From IMG/VR virus record IMGVR_UViG_3300042402_002237: a stretch of DNA of 64,000 bases. One strand, given 5' to 3'. The first letter of the stretch is position 1. Each line of letters begins with the position of its first letter. This DNA comes from an uncultured virus (IMG/VR IMGVR_UViG_3300042402_002237). Taxonomy: Duplodnaviria > Heunggongvirae > Uroviricota > Caudoviricetes. Positions 17,800 through 27,107 of the stretch are shown here, in pieces. Position numbers and translations under genes: made by a program. The notes beneath the pieces were generated by a model that worked only from the letters and a program-made list of their open reading frames with translations, had not been told where the DNA came from and made no database searches.

Positions 17800-20001
17800 T
17801 TAGCACTTCCACTTACGTAACGCTTTGTTGATGCGGGAATCTGGATCGTTTGCTGTCTTAGATGACGTGAGCTTCTTCTTCATCCCGCCCATCCTGGCGC
17901 AGAACGACTTTTTACGTGAGCCACCCTCTGGCTGTGGTGCCTTTAGCTCGCCACCAGTCTCGCGCTTGTATGATGCACGACCAATAGCATTCAATCCGCC
18001 CGATGGGCTCTTGCCCTCTGATCTTTGCCATGCTGGTGTTGTAGAGCCACCTTCTTTGTAACCTACTAAACCACCACTTGCTTTTTCTTCTTCATCCAAA
18101 GATACACCAGCGCCAGCACCGGCAATACCATACATTGGTTTATTGCCTTTAATAAAACCTTTTAATATTTCCTCTTGAGGCTCACCAGTAATCATATTTG
18201 TGCGAGCAAGCATTTCGTTTATTTCACGAATCATTGGTTTGCCAGGATAGTTTTTTGCACCGGCCCATGCGATATCTTGAAAGTTAGCTGGTTCTACACC
18301 AGCGCGTTTTGCTTCTTTTGCAAGCGCCTGTTCGTAGATACCATACGCATTTGGAGGGGGAGCCATCATCTTAGGATCCCACAATTGACTCATCTGCTCA
18401 TCAAGAGTAGAACGATCACGGTAACCTAAAAAGTTTGCTGAAAAATTATGACGCTTGGGATTTGTTACAGGGATTAAACCAAGGTCCTGTAGTTTTTTAG
18501 CCTGCTCCATATTGCCGCTTACAAAACGGCCACCGATTGGGAATGGTAAATCTGCCGCAGTAGTTGGAATCTCTTTACCTAAACCTTTTTGATAATTTGT
18601 AAATGCAGACATCATTAAGTTTGAGTTAGGATCAGCACCACCAGTAGTAGCAGCCATGGCATCTGCAAATCTAGCACGGAATTGTTTTGGTCCTTCTACA
18701 GGACCCAGTTCACGGATAAACTCATTTTCTAATTGACCCATAGCGTACCAATCTTTCGCTAGAGGACGGTCTTTTGCTACATCAAAAGCACCACGTAAAC
18801 GTAATAGGCTTTCTGGTTGGTTAGCAAGCTGCTCATACTTAGCTATCGTATCCGCTTTTTTAGGAACGATATCTGTCAGTGTCGTACCAGCTAATTGATA
18901 ACGTGATGGGTCCGCATAGAAACGTTTTTCAATATCAAAAAACGGTTCATATCTACCCAGATCAATTTCTTTTTGTGCTAATTTACGAGCTTTTTGAACA
19001 TCAATCGCTTCTGGGCTTAATTGTTTTTGTAAAAACTGTTTGCCTGTTTTTGCATCGGTTGCCATTACAGGAGGTATTACGTCAGGATATACCTCACTCA
19101 TCTTGAACTTGTCAAAGTTGAATTTTTTAATTGCTTCTTTTACAGCTTTACCTTTTGCATAGCCGACCAGTCCCCCTGTAGCCATAGCCTGAGGCTGTGG
19201 TTGTGATTTATTTTTAAGGTAATCAATGTACGCGTTTAGTGCACCCGCGCCCATACCAATTGCTGTGCCACCAATACGTGTAACGGGGTGTGGAATTAAC
19301 GACGCGGCAGACCCAAGAGCACCAATTGCACCAATACCGGCACCAAGGTAATCACCTTCTGCGCGACGATTGAATGCGTCAGCGCCCTGCATACCGGCGC
19401 CGGCGCCGGCAGCGGATTTTAGTAATAGCGGCATCTTACCAGCCGTTGCCTGTGCAATACGGCTAGGTACGGACGAGGCTTTCTGGGCCGCCATTTGATT
19501 AGCGGCGCGCATTTGTGCAAAGCGAGCGGCGTCTGCTTCTTTAGCAGCGATCTGCTCCATCGCTGCGGGACCACCTAAGGCACCGCCAGTAATCTTACTG
19601 GTTACTTTACCCTTACCAAGAGGACCTTCACGTTTTTTAAATTCTTCAACAACGTTCTCAACCGTTGCCCCAGTGCCAGCACCGTAGCCAGTTTTAGCTG
19701 CCCATTTTTGTCCAGGCGATCCAGCTCCAGGTACTGTAGTTGGTGCACCAGTTGGCACACCCTTGGGACCATACGCTGTCTCCAATACCTTACCAGCGAC
19801 GGGGCCGGCAACGGCGCCAACAGCTCCGGCGGCCATTGGATTACGCATCATGCTCTCGTCACCAGCCTCAAGCATTACCTTGTTTTGCTGTTGAGTTTGC
19901 AATTCACGGATATAGTCCGCAATTTGTTGTGCGTCTTCCTTATTACCGGCGGCGTCAGCTTGTTGTAACGCGTCGTATGCTCGTTGTAATTGTGGATCCA
20001 T
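17800..20001 (-). CDS. multidomain internal virion protein
   Basis: Ala/Gly-rich N-part, globular middle, C-terminal TPAWQR..G...SFCARM...SRINKALRKW module. Confidence 0.65.
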   Translation of the reverse strand: MDPQLQRAYDALQQADAAGNKEDAQQIADYIRELQTQQQNKVMLEAGDESMMRNPMAAGAVGAVAGPVAGKVLETAYGPKGVPTGAPTTVPGAGSPGQKWAAKTGYGAGTGATVENVVEEFKKREGPLGKGKVTSKITGGALGGPAAMEQIAAKEADAARFAQMRAANQMAAQKASSVPSRIAQATAGKMPLLLKSAAGAGAGMQGADAFNRRAEGDYLGAGIGAIGALGSAASLIPHPVTRIGGTAIGMGAGALNAYIDYLKNKSQPQPQAMATGGLVGYAKGKAVKEAIKKFNFDKFKMSEVYPDVIPPVMATDAKTGKQFLQKQLSPEAIDVQKARKLAQKEIDLGRYEPFFDIEKRFYADPSRYQLAGTTLTDIVPKKADTIAKYEQLANQPESLLRLRGAFDVAKDRPLAKDWYAMGQLENEFIRELGPVEGPKQFRARFADAMAATTGGADPNSNLMMSAFTNYQKGLGKEIPTTAADLPFPIGGRFVSGNMEQAKKLQDLGLIPVTNPKRHNFSANFLGYRDRSTLDEQMSQLWDPKMMAPPPNAYGIYEQALAKEAKRAGVEPANFQDIAWAGAKNYPGKPMIREINEMLARTNMITGEPQEEILKGFIKGNKPMYGIAGAGAGVSLDEEEKASGGLVGYKEGGSTTPAWQRSEGKSPSGGLNAIGRASYKRETGGELKAPQPEGGSRKKSFCARMGGMKKKLTSSKTANDPDSRINKALRKWKC

Positions 20002-20004
20002 TAC

Positions 20005-21708
20005 TTACCTTTTTGGGTATTTGTCTAATAGTGCTGCGCCTGGATGTGACTTGATGTCTGCCTTAGGTGTTGTGCTTGAGGTCACAAAGTTCTTTATGTT
20101 TGCCTCATATTCAGATTTAAGTTTTTCGTATTCTGGTGTCTCTTTGTAACGCTCAAAGGATACGTTGGGGTTGCGTTTATTAAACTCTTTGTATGCCACG
20201 CCGTTTTGTTTATCAAAGTTAGCGCGAATTTCGTTCCACTTTAAGAAGTCACGGATAGCCTCGGGGGAGTTCTTGACGCTACCGGCTAGCTCACGAATTA
20301 ATTGACGCTCTGCGTCGGATACGGCGCCTTGACCTTTGAGGTATATCTTAGCCGCATTTAATTGCATTAATGCAAACTCACGGGTTGCCTTTTGTGCGGC
20401 GTCAATGTCGGCCTGTGTCGCTCCAGGCATTGCCTTACGCACGGCGGTGCTAATGCCGGTGATGCCTACAGCTCCAAGGTTACCAATGTTAGCCCCCTCT
20501 TCAACGGCTCCCAATACGGCAGTTAACACGCCAGGTTTTTGTAAGACACCAAACGCTTTTGGATTAGTTGTCACAAGGTTGTTAATGTATTGTACAGACG
20601 CTAAACGATCACTTGCATTTGATCCGGCCTCAACCGTAGCAGCACGATCTTTGGCGATATCTTTACCAGTCTCTTGTAATTCGGTGGTGATGCCCTCTTT
20701 ACGAATGTCAAGCTCTTCTTTACTGCCAGGAGCAAATCCACCAGCGCCCACTGGAGCCGCTGGCTTAGCTGCGGCAGGAGCGCCAATCTTAGGTAATGGT
20801 TGTACTTGTGCAATTGGCTGTGGTCCGGTTGCTGGGCTTGGCGCTGCTGCAACAGGTGCTGGAGCAGGTGCAGCTGGGGCAGGTGCGGGTGCGGGTGCGG
20901 GTGCAACGGTAGGTGCTGGAGCAATCCCAGGAGCAGCTGGAGCGGGTGACTTAACAAACGTGCCAGAAGTACCAAATGGGGTTGTCTGCATTGTGCCACC
21001 GGGGCCACGTACATCCTCAGGTTTAAAGGCGCCAGCGCCAACAGATTCAGTTAACAGAATTTGTGGCACTAACTTCGGATCAATCATGTTATTTTGTAAC
21101 ATGTAGTTAACTTTTTTAACAATATCTGGATCTTTAGCGTTATTTGCCAAATAGCTTTGAACAGCTTTCATTGCGCCCTGTCGATCGCCAGATTGAGCTT
21201 GTACTGTAATAGATTGACGAAGGCCAGGATCTTTAACTAAGCTAAGTAAGCCGCCAGTTTGTGTTGGTGCCGCGACACCACCAGGTTGTGCTTGCGTTTG
21301 TGTTGGTGTAGAAAGACCAAGTGCTTTATCAAAGTTACGGGCCTGCTCTTGTCCTACCTTGTACTGTGCTAGATCGCGGCGCATGCCAAACGTGGTGGCG
21401 TCAAAGTCTTCGCGCTCTTTAGCACGTCGTGCTAATGATTCGCTGGGACCAGCAACACCGCCGGTCCACCACGCCTGCGCGTCACGCAAGGACTCCATGA
21501 AGCCACCTTTTTGCGCCTCACGCTCGTCGATTAGCTTTTGCATGCGCTCTAGGATGCCCTGATCAACACCTGCCACACCGGTTGGTGTTGGCAGCGAGTA
21601 TTTACTTTTTGACTGTACGGCCTTACCAACGGTGGTAATTGGTGTCTCGGCAGGTGGTTCTACACCACTGCCCTCGTTGTAACCTTTAATGTAGTCTAAG
21701 CCTGGCAT
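20005..21708 (-). CDS. putative DNA ejection/internal protein
   Basis: Pro/Ala linker; KGQGAVSDAER motif typical of ejection proteins. Confidence 0.65.
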   Translation of the reverse strand: MPGLDYIKGYNEGSGVEPPAETPITTVGKAVQSKSKYSLPTPTGVAGVDQGILERMQKLIDEREAQKGGFMESLRDAQAWWTGGVAGPSESLARRAKEREDFDATTFGMRRDLAQYKVGQEQARNFDKALGLSTPTQTQAQPGGVAAPTQTGGLLSLVKDPGLRQSITVQAQSGDRQGAMKAVQSYLANNAKDPDIVKKVNYMLQNNMIDPKLVPQILLTESVGAGAFKPEDVRGPGGTMQTTPFGTSGTFVKSPAPAAPGIAPAPTVAPAPAPAPAPAAPAPAPVAAAPSPATGPQPIAQVQPLPKIGAPAAAKPAAPVGAGGFAPGSKEELDIRKEGITTELQETGKDIAKDRAATVEAGSNASDRLASVQYINNLVTTNPKAFGVLQKPGVLTAVLGAVEEGANIGNLGAVGITGISTAVRKAMPGATQADIDAAQKATREFALMQLNAAKIYLKGQGAVSDAERQLIRELAGSVKNSPEAIRDFLKWNEIRANFDKQNGVAYKEFNKRNPNVSFERYKETPEYEKLKSEYEANIKNFVTSSTTPKADIKSHPGAALLDKYPKR

Positions 21709-21711
21709 ATT

Positions 21712-22608
21712 TTAACCCCAAAAATCATTATTAGCATCAAAATTACCACCGCCACCACCACCCATATTCCAATCTTCTCCAGTTCCGGTGTCAATAACTC
21801 CACCACCGCCACCGCCACCAGTGAATATATTACCAATTCCTTTAAATAAACCTTGTAGACCATTGTTAACACCAAGCTGGCCTAATACGCCACCGGTTCC
21901 GGTTTGGCCACCTAACAATGAAATTAATCCACCGACTTGGTTGAGCGGCGATAGCTGGGTTTGGTTCATAACAGTGGTTGGTGCCTGAATACCGCCTAGC
22001 ACTTTGCCTAGGTTAGACACGTTCATAAACGGAGACGCTTGTTGGTACTGACCAACCTCGAGTAAATTCTTGATGTCTTGCTGTGTTAAGTTACCAACAG
22101 TAGACGCTGCGTTTACGCCGGCTGTTTGATTTTGTAAGGCAGCCTGCATTTGTTGCGAGGCTAACTGAGCTTGTGCATCAGCCATCGCCTTGTTAGCGGC
22201 GGTCTGACCACGTAGACTACCAAACTGACCAGAGCCAATTGCCGCACCAGTTACGGGCGCGGTGACGTTAGGCATTAATTGTTCTAGCTGTTGGTTTTGT
22301 GCTTGAAATAAACCACCGAGTGCGGTGTTTACATTAGGGGAAACGGTGCCAGTGGATTGATCAACAATCCACGGATTGGCTGCGCCGGTTGCAATGTTTT
22401 GTGCTGCACCGGCGGCTTGTTGGAATGGGTTGTTAGGTTGGGCTAACTGGTTAACAGCGTTTTGGGCAACCGTATTTTGTGGCGTTGGCGCCGCACCAAA
22501 CGCGCTCTGGGCCTGGTTGACTACGTTCTGTTGTGCTGTATCAAACCAAGATGGCAGCGTTGTCTGCTGCATCGCCTTGTTTGTTATGATATCATTTAAT
22601 CCAGCCAT
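21712..22608 (-). CDS. putative DNA pilot/ejection protein
   Basis: Q/A/G-rich; TTLPSW and G.FGS.RG motifs. Confidence 0.6.
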   Translation of the reverse strand: MAGLNDIITNKAMQQTTLPSWFDTAQQNVVNQAQSAFGAAPTPQNTVAQNAVNQLAQPNNPFQQAAGAAQNIATGAANPWIVDQSTGTVSPNVNTALGGLFQAQNQQLEQLMPNVTAPVTGAAIGSGQFGSLRGQTAANKAMADAQAQLASQQMQAALQNQTAGVNAASTVGNLTQQDIKNLLEVGQYQQASPFMNVSNLGKVLGGIQAPTTVMNQTQLSPLNQVGGLISLLGGQTGTGGVLGQLGVNNGLQGLFKGIGNIFTGGGGGGGVIDTGTGEDWNMGGGGGGNFDANNDFWG

Positions 22609-22609
22609 A

Positions 22610-25600
22610 TTATGCCTTTGCTCTACGTTGTGCGTCTATTAAATAGGCCAGTGGGCCTTTGCTATCGGGTGGTAATTTCTTTGGATCGTGGTTCTGTGCG
22701 TGCTTTCTAATCACTTGTAAAAACTGATCTAGTACACTTGCACCAGCATCGTTACTTCCGTTGCCTAACTTAGATACAACATCGGCTGGTATAACAAACT
22801 CACCGTTGGCTAACATGGCGGGTACATCATCGCTAGTGCCATCGCCGTCACCTTTTACGTAACGATTCTCTAATGAGTTAAGACCACCCTCAGAATAAAA
22901 CTGTGGGTTATGTCCCTCGATGTGACCGCCCTCAGCTCTTCCTTGCAGATAGTCTGGCAGGCCTGTTAGTACATAATTAAGTTGCGCCTTGGTTAGGCTT
23001 GGCGTTAATGCGCCGCTAATGCCACTGCCGCCGGCTGTGTCTTTAGTTGAGAATGGATCATATGTAGATCCACCAGCAGCCATTTGTGGAATAATTTGTG
23101 GCGCGTTGTACATGGGGTTTACCATATCTTGATCAGATGGTAAGCCAGATAAGTTATAGTCCATTTTCTCTGTTAATCCCGCCGTTAAATTTTTAATGCC
23201 ACCGTATTCATTTTGCCCGTACAGACCATACATGCCGTACATACTGCCCGGTATAGTAAAACCACCGCCGCCAATACCACCGATACCAAATCCACCGCCA
23301 CCAGTTCCGCCGGTTCCTGTACCACCTGTACCAGTTCCGCCGGTTCCTGTGCCACCTGTGCCAGTTCCACCGCCACCAGTTCCGGGCTCTGTGCCTCCGG
23401 TGCCACCCGTTCCAGGCTCTGTGCCACCGCCGCCCCCAGTACCTGGTTGTGTGCCGCCACCGGTACCTGTGCCAGTTCCTGTGCCGCCGGTACCTGTACC
23501 GCCAGTTGTGGGCCCGCCAGTAGTTGCGGATCCTGTTGTGCCGGTACCTGTACCAGTTCCAGTTCCAGTTGTTGTAGCTAATTTTTTAGCTGCCTTTGGT
23601 CCGGTAAATAACTCGTCAATCCAATTTTGAATAGTTGGGCTAACTGGTGCCGTAGGTGTTGTGCCACCTGATATAGTTCCACTAGGCACAACGTTCTTTA
23701 TTGCCTCGTCGTACTCAGCTTTAGTAATCTGTCCTTGGGCTAATTCAGCATCTAGTTGTGCTTTAGTAGATTGGAACTGTCCGGGTGCGCTGGGCTCTAC
23801 CTCTCCCTTATAAGGCATCATAGACATCCCTGGGACACCATTTTCGTCCACAGTTTTATCAATAACATACCGACTACCAGATGGGCCTTCAGTATAATTA
23901 CCGACTAAAAGTTTCCCTGTATTTGTATATCCGCCCTTACCGTCGGGGATGTACTCGCCCCATTTGCTTGTTGTTGGGTCTTGTTTGTAAACACCTTCTA
24001 CTAAATCTTTACCTTCTGGTGTCTTACCAACGTAAGGCAAGGTACTAGCTTGTGCGCTTGGGACAAAGAAATCTAACACACTCTCAAAAGCATCCTTTGG
24101 ACGCATATTAGACGCGACAGCAATATTATATGCCTGTTTTTGTTCTGGTGTCTCTAACTTAGCTAAATAGGCCTCGTTAATATCTTGTAGCTGTGTTCCA
24201 GGGCCAGTTAAACCATATGCCGCAGTCAATATATCTCCAAGCTGCGGACCTAACCCCGATTGGATAGAGTTAATGTATAATTGTTGCTGTTCTTTTGATT
24301 GCCCACCAACTACATTCGCAACGTTTAATGCTTGATTAGTATCTAAGCCTTTTAATTTTGCGTTATAGAACGAGTCTTGTCCCTCGTCTGATAAGCTATT
24401 AATTTTGCTTGCGATATTAAACGCGCCAGCTGCGTCAGGGTTTTGTGCCAAAGAATCATAAAACGTTTGAGCCGCAACCAACGACATCTTAGATAAATCA
24501 GGTGCAAACTGAATTGCGTCTTCCGGGCGCAGTCCAAATGTCTTAGCAAACTCATACATCTGCTGATTATCTTCTGGCAGTGAGTTTACCCGCTGGGAAA
24601 GATTTACCGCTCTAGTTAAATCACCAGTGCTGGTGTAAATATCTTTAAACGTGTCTTTGGCAATTGATCCGTACTTAGACGCTGTTTCGTACGCAGTATC
24701 GACCTGTTTAGCTACATCATTTGTGGTTTGTTGAATCTGATCGTATACAGAATTAAACTCACCGCTAGCTTGTTTTGTTATAGCTGCTTGGTCTTGCAGA
24801 CGCTTATTAATGTCTGCATATTGAGTGTCTAAAGTTTTAAGCTGATTAACAAAGCCAAGATACGTTTGATTTTTTGAATCAAAATCGTTTCTAGCGGTTT
24901 CGTATACGTTATAGTCCGAGTTATACTTATCAGTGGCAGCATTTAGGCTGGGTATTAGCGCGTTTGCTTTATCAGCAAGGCTATTTGCTAAATCAAAATT
25001 TTCTGCTGCTTTTGCGGCGTCGTACTCTGCAACTAATCTACTAAATTCATCGGACTTAGATTTATAATCATTGTACGATGAGGTTGCCGAATCGGCGGCT
25101 CGCTGGGCTGCTTCTTGGGCGGGTAGTAAAGACCCATCTCTAAAACTTTCTGCTTGCGATTTTACAGATTTGCCTTGCTCTAGTATTGCAGCAATTTCTT
25201 CTTTACTTTTACCTACAAGCTCATCATTACCTTTTAATGCAGCTAAAAATTTTTCCCTGGCTGCGTTAAATGAATCTTTATATTCGTTGACAGTTTCGTT
25301 TACGGACTTTTGTAATGTTTTGTAAATATCCGTGTTTTTAATTGCGTTACCAGTCTGCGCAAGACTGGTACTAATAATATTATTAATTAACGCGGTATTA
25401 AATACCTCACTAGCATCTTGACCAGATAACACTCCTCGAGTTACAGCACCAGACGTTGTGCCAAGGACATTCGCAATTGGTGCGGCCAATCCTAAATCTT
25501 TTAATCCCTGTGTTGCTTCTATATTAACGTACGTGCCGGCTCCGCCAGTTAAACCAGACATTAATATTTCATTAAAGTCACCACCACGCAAAGCCGTGGT

Positions 25601-26119
25601 TGCTACGTTTCCTGCGGCATTTGATATCGCAGTATTTAATGCTCCAGTAATTGTTGTCGGTGCGGTAAACTTAGTCAAACCATCTGCGGTTTGAAGCATG
25701 GTACTGCCATCACTATACGAAAACAAAGACGATCCGTCAGAGAGGTTTTCAACACCCATCAAAGACGATTCTGCACCCGAAGCTAAATAGTCTGATATGC
25801 CAGAGGCAATGTACATGCCAGCATACGATATACCAGCAGATAGTGCAGCCTGACCTAAATCACCACCATTTGCAATTACCGTTGTGGCTGAAATTAATGG
25901 CAACGCCCAGTACTGTTGAAGTGCAATTGCACCAACTTTAGCAATTGTTCCTATTGGGTCATTAATTGCCGCTTGACCAACCTTGCCAATCTCACGACCT
26001 AATGACTCAGCACCTTTACCAACTTCACGAACAGCATCGCTGGCAATGTCACCAACACTTTCAAAAGCATCTCCAACAAATTCACCGACATCACTGACTG
26101 CTTCTACTACCGCGCTCAT
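22610..26119 (-). CDS. large internal/ejection protein
   Basis: 1169 aa, coiled coil, TGGTG repeats, C-terminal GDGTSDDVPAMLANGEFVIPADVV. Confidence 0.7.
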   Translation of the reverse strand: MSAVVEAVSDVGEFVGDAFESVGDIASDAVREVGKGAESLGREIGKVGQAAINDPIGTIAKVGAIALQQYWALPLISATTVIANGGDLGQAALSAGISYAGMYIASGISDYLASGAESSLMGVENLSDGSSLFSYSDGSTMLQTADGLTKFTAPTTITGALNTAISNAAGNVATTALRGGDFNEILMSGLTGGAGTYVNIEATQGLKDLGLAAPIANVLGTTSGAVTRGVLSGQDASEVFNTALINNIISTSLAQTGNAIKNTDIYKTLQKSVNETVNEYKDSFNAAREKFLAALKGNDELVGKSKEEIAAILEQGKSVKSQAESFRDGSLLPAQEAAQRAADSATSSYNDYKSKSDEFSRLVAEYDAAKAAENFDLANSLADKANALIPSLNAATDKYNSDYNVYETARNDFDSKNQTYLGFVNQLKTLDTQYADINKRLQDQAAITKQASGEFNSVYDQIQQTTNDVAKQVDTAYETASKYGSIAKDTFKDIYTSTGDLTRAVNLSQRVNSLPEDNQQMYEFAKTFGLRPEDAIQFAPDLSKMSLVAAQTFYDSLAQNPDAAGAFNIASKINSLSDEGQDSFYNAKLKGLDTNQALNVANVVGGQSKEQQQLYINSIQSGLGPQLGDILTAAYGLTGPGTQLQDINEAYLAKLETPEQKQAYNIAVASNMRPKDAFESVLDFFVPSAQASTLPYVGKTPEGKDLVEGVYKQDPTTSKWGEYIPDGKGGYTNTGKLLVGNYTEGPSGSRYVIDKTVDENGVPGMSMMPYKGEVEPSAPGQFQSTKAQLDAELAQGQITKAEYDEAIKNVVPSGTISGGTTPTAPVSPTIQNWIDELFTGPKAAKKLATTTGTGTGTGTGTTGSATTGGPTTGGTGTGGTGTGTGTGGGTQPGTGGGGGTEPGTGGTGGTEPGTGGGGTGTGGTGTGGTGTGGTGTGGTGGGGFGIGGIGGGGFTIPGSMYGMYGLYGQNEYGGIKNLTAGLTEKMDYNLSGLPSDQDMVNPMYNAPQIIPQMAAGGSTYDPFSTKDTAGGSGISGALTPSLTKAQLNYVLTGLPDYLQGRAEGGHIEGHNPQFYSEGGLNSLENRYVKGDGDGTSDDVPAMLANGEFVIPADVVSKLGNGSNDAGASVLDQFLQVIRKHAQNHDPKKLPPDSKGPLAYLIDAQRRAKA
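23270..23572 (-). repeat. Thr/Gly (TGTGG) low-complexity coding repeat
   Basis: Seen directly in the sequence and translation. Confidence 0.8.
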
Positions 26120-26622
26120 GGTTTAGCGGACCCCTGGGCCAGCTGTTGCTTGTGCAACTCGGATTGTTTTCTTTTTGGCGTTTGGCCTAAATTAACCGTA
26201 ACGCGGTATTTACCAGTTTTTGATGATTTTTGAATGGCGTAACCCATCTTTTCATAGGGTTGTTTTCTGCCAATAAATTTAAAAATATTAAGTAGCGCCG
26301 CGTCGTCAAACTCGGTAACCATATACTCAAAACCAGCCTCGCCCAAAGCCTTAGCAAACTCAACAGAATTTTTTAAATAGTTTTCAATTGTGTCAGCGTT
26401 AATTGCTCTAAAAATTGCTGTTGTAGGATTGTTCTTATCCTGGTGAACTACCAATATGGTATTACCCTGACGTAGCATCAGGGCACCCATTTCATACGCT
26501 TCTGCCGTTAAGCTGGCCTTAACCTGCTCGGCCGTATACTTGCCGCCCGTTTCCTTTGCAGCAATCTCAATAATTTCTTCTTGTGATAACTCCCTTTTCT
26601 TGGAGTCTACAAAAGACGTCAC
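26116..26622 (-). CDS. hypothetical virion-module protein
   Basis: ORF in operon context. Confidence 0.65.
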   Translation of the reverse strand: MTSFVDSKKRELSQEEIIEIAAKETGGKYTAEQVKASLTAEAYEMGALMLRQGNTILVVHQDKNNPTTAIFRAINADTIENYLKNSVEFAKALGEAGFEYMVTEFDDAALLNIFKFIGRKQPYEKMGYAIQKSSKTGKYRVTVNLGQTPKRKQSELHKQQLAQGSAKP

Positions 26623-26630
26623 GGCAAAAA

Positions 26631-26789
26631 TTAGTTAGTTGCGGTGGTTTTGGCTTCGGCGGTTAGGGCCTCTTCCACAGCTTTTTGAAAAGCTGGACTA
26701 ACAGCTTCTGCGTTAGCCTTGTGTTTAGCCATAATAGCCTCGGCAACTGCTTTGTCGTTTAGATAGTTTAATGTTGGTTGGCCGTGCAT
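26631..26789 (-). CDS. hypothetical protein (52 aa, MHGQPTLNYL...)
   Basis: Read by hand; GGAGG RBS; follows the promoter at 26821. Confidence 0.65.
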   Translation of the reverse strand: MHGQPTLNYLNDKAVAEAIMAKHKANAEAVSPAFQKAVEEALTAEAKTTATN

Positions 26790-26820
26790 ATTGCCTCCTT
26801 TGGTTAAATGCTTCTACTTA

Positions 26821-26851
26821 TACTAATGCAAGAATATTGAATTTGTCGCCC
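26821..26851 (-). promoter_or_regulatory. phage promoter GGGCG-N16-TGCATTAGTA
   Basis: Exact bipartite match. Confidence 0.75.
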
Positions 26852-26855
26852 TAAA

Positions 26856-27107
26856 TCAAGTGCTTGGGCCATTTAAAATAAAGCTAAGGGCCGAGGCCCA
26901 CTCCTGCCAGGTATCAAACGCCTCTGGGTCTGGCACCGGGTAGCTCTCAAATGTAGTGAGCTGGCTAATGTTTTTAGCGACCAGTTTCCAATTATTCTCG
27001 GTGTCGTACATAATTGGCTCTTCGCCAAAGTAATGTAAGAAGTTACCGTTCCAATCTTCCCAGGACATATACTCTGGGTTGATCGGGAAAAATGTCTGGA
27101 TACTCAC
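26856..27107 (-). CDS. hypothetical structural-module protein
   Basis: ORF (PDP..F..WQEWA). Confidence 0.65.
   Translation of the reverse strand: MSIQTFFPINPEYMSWEDWNGNFLHYFGEEPIMYDTENNWKLVAKNISQLTTFESYPVPDPEAFDTWQEWASALSFILNGPST

Noticed and set aside
20336..23630. Long + strand ORFs (e.g. 20336-21106, 23196-23630)
   Set aside because: Antisense shadows of low-complexity Ala/Pro/Gly/Thr coding regions.
22610..26119. Tape measure protein
   Set aside because: It has a GTSD..PAML.NGEFV motif, but no tail tube, sheath or chaperone genes are seen; context fits an ejection protein.
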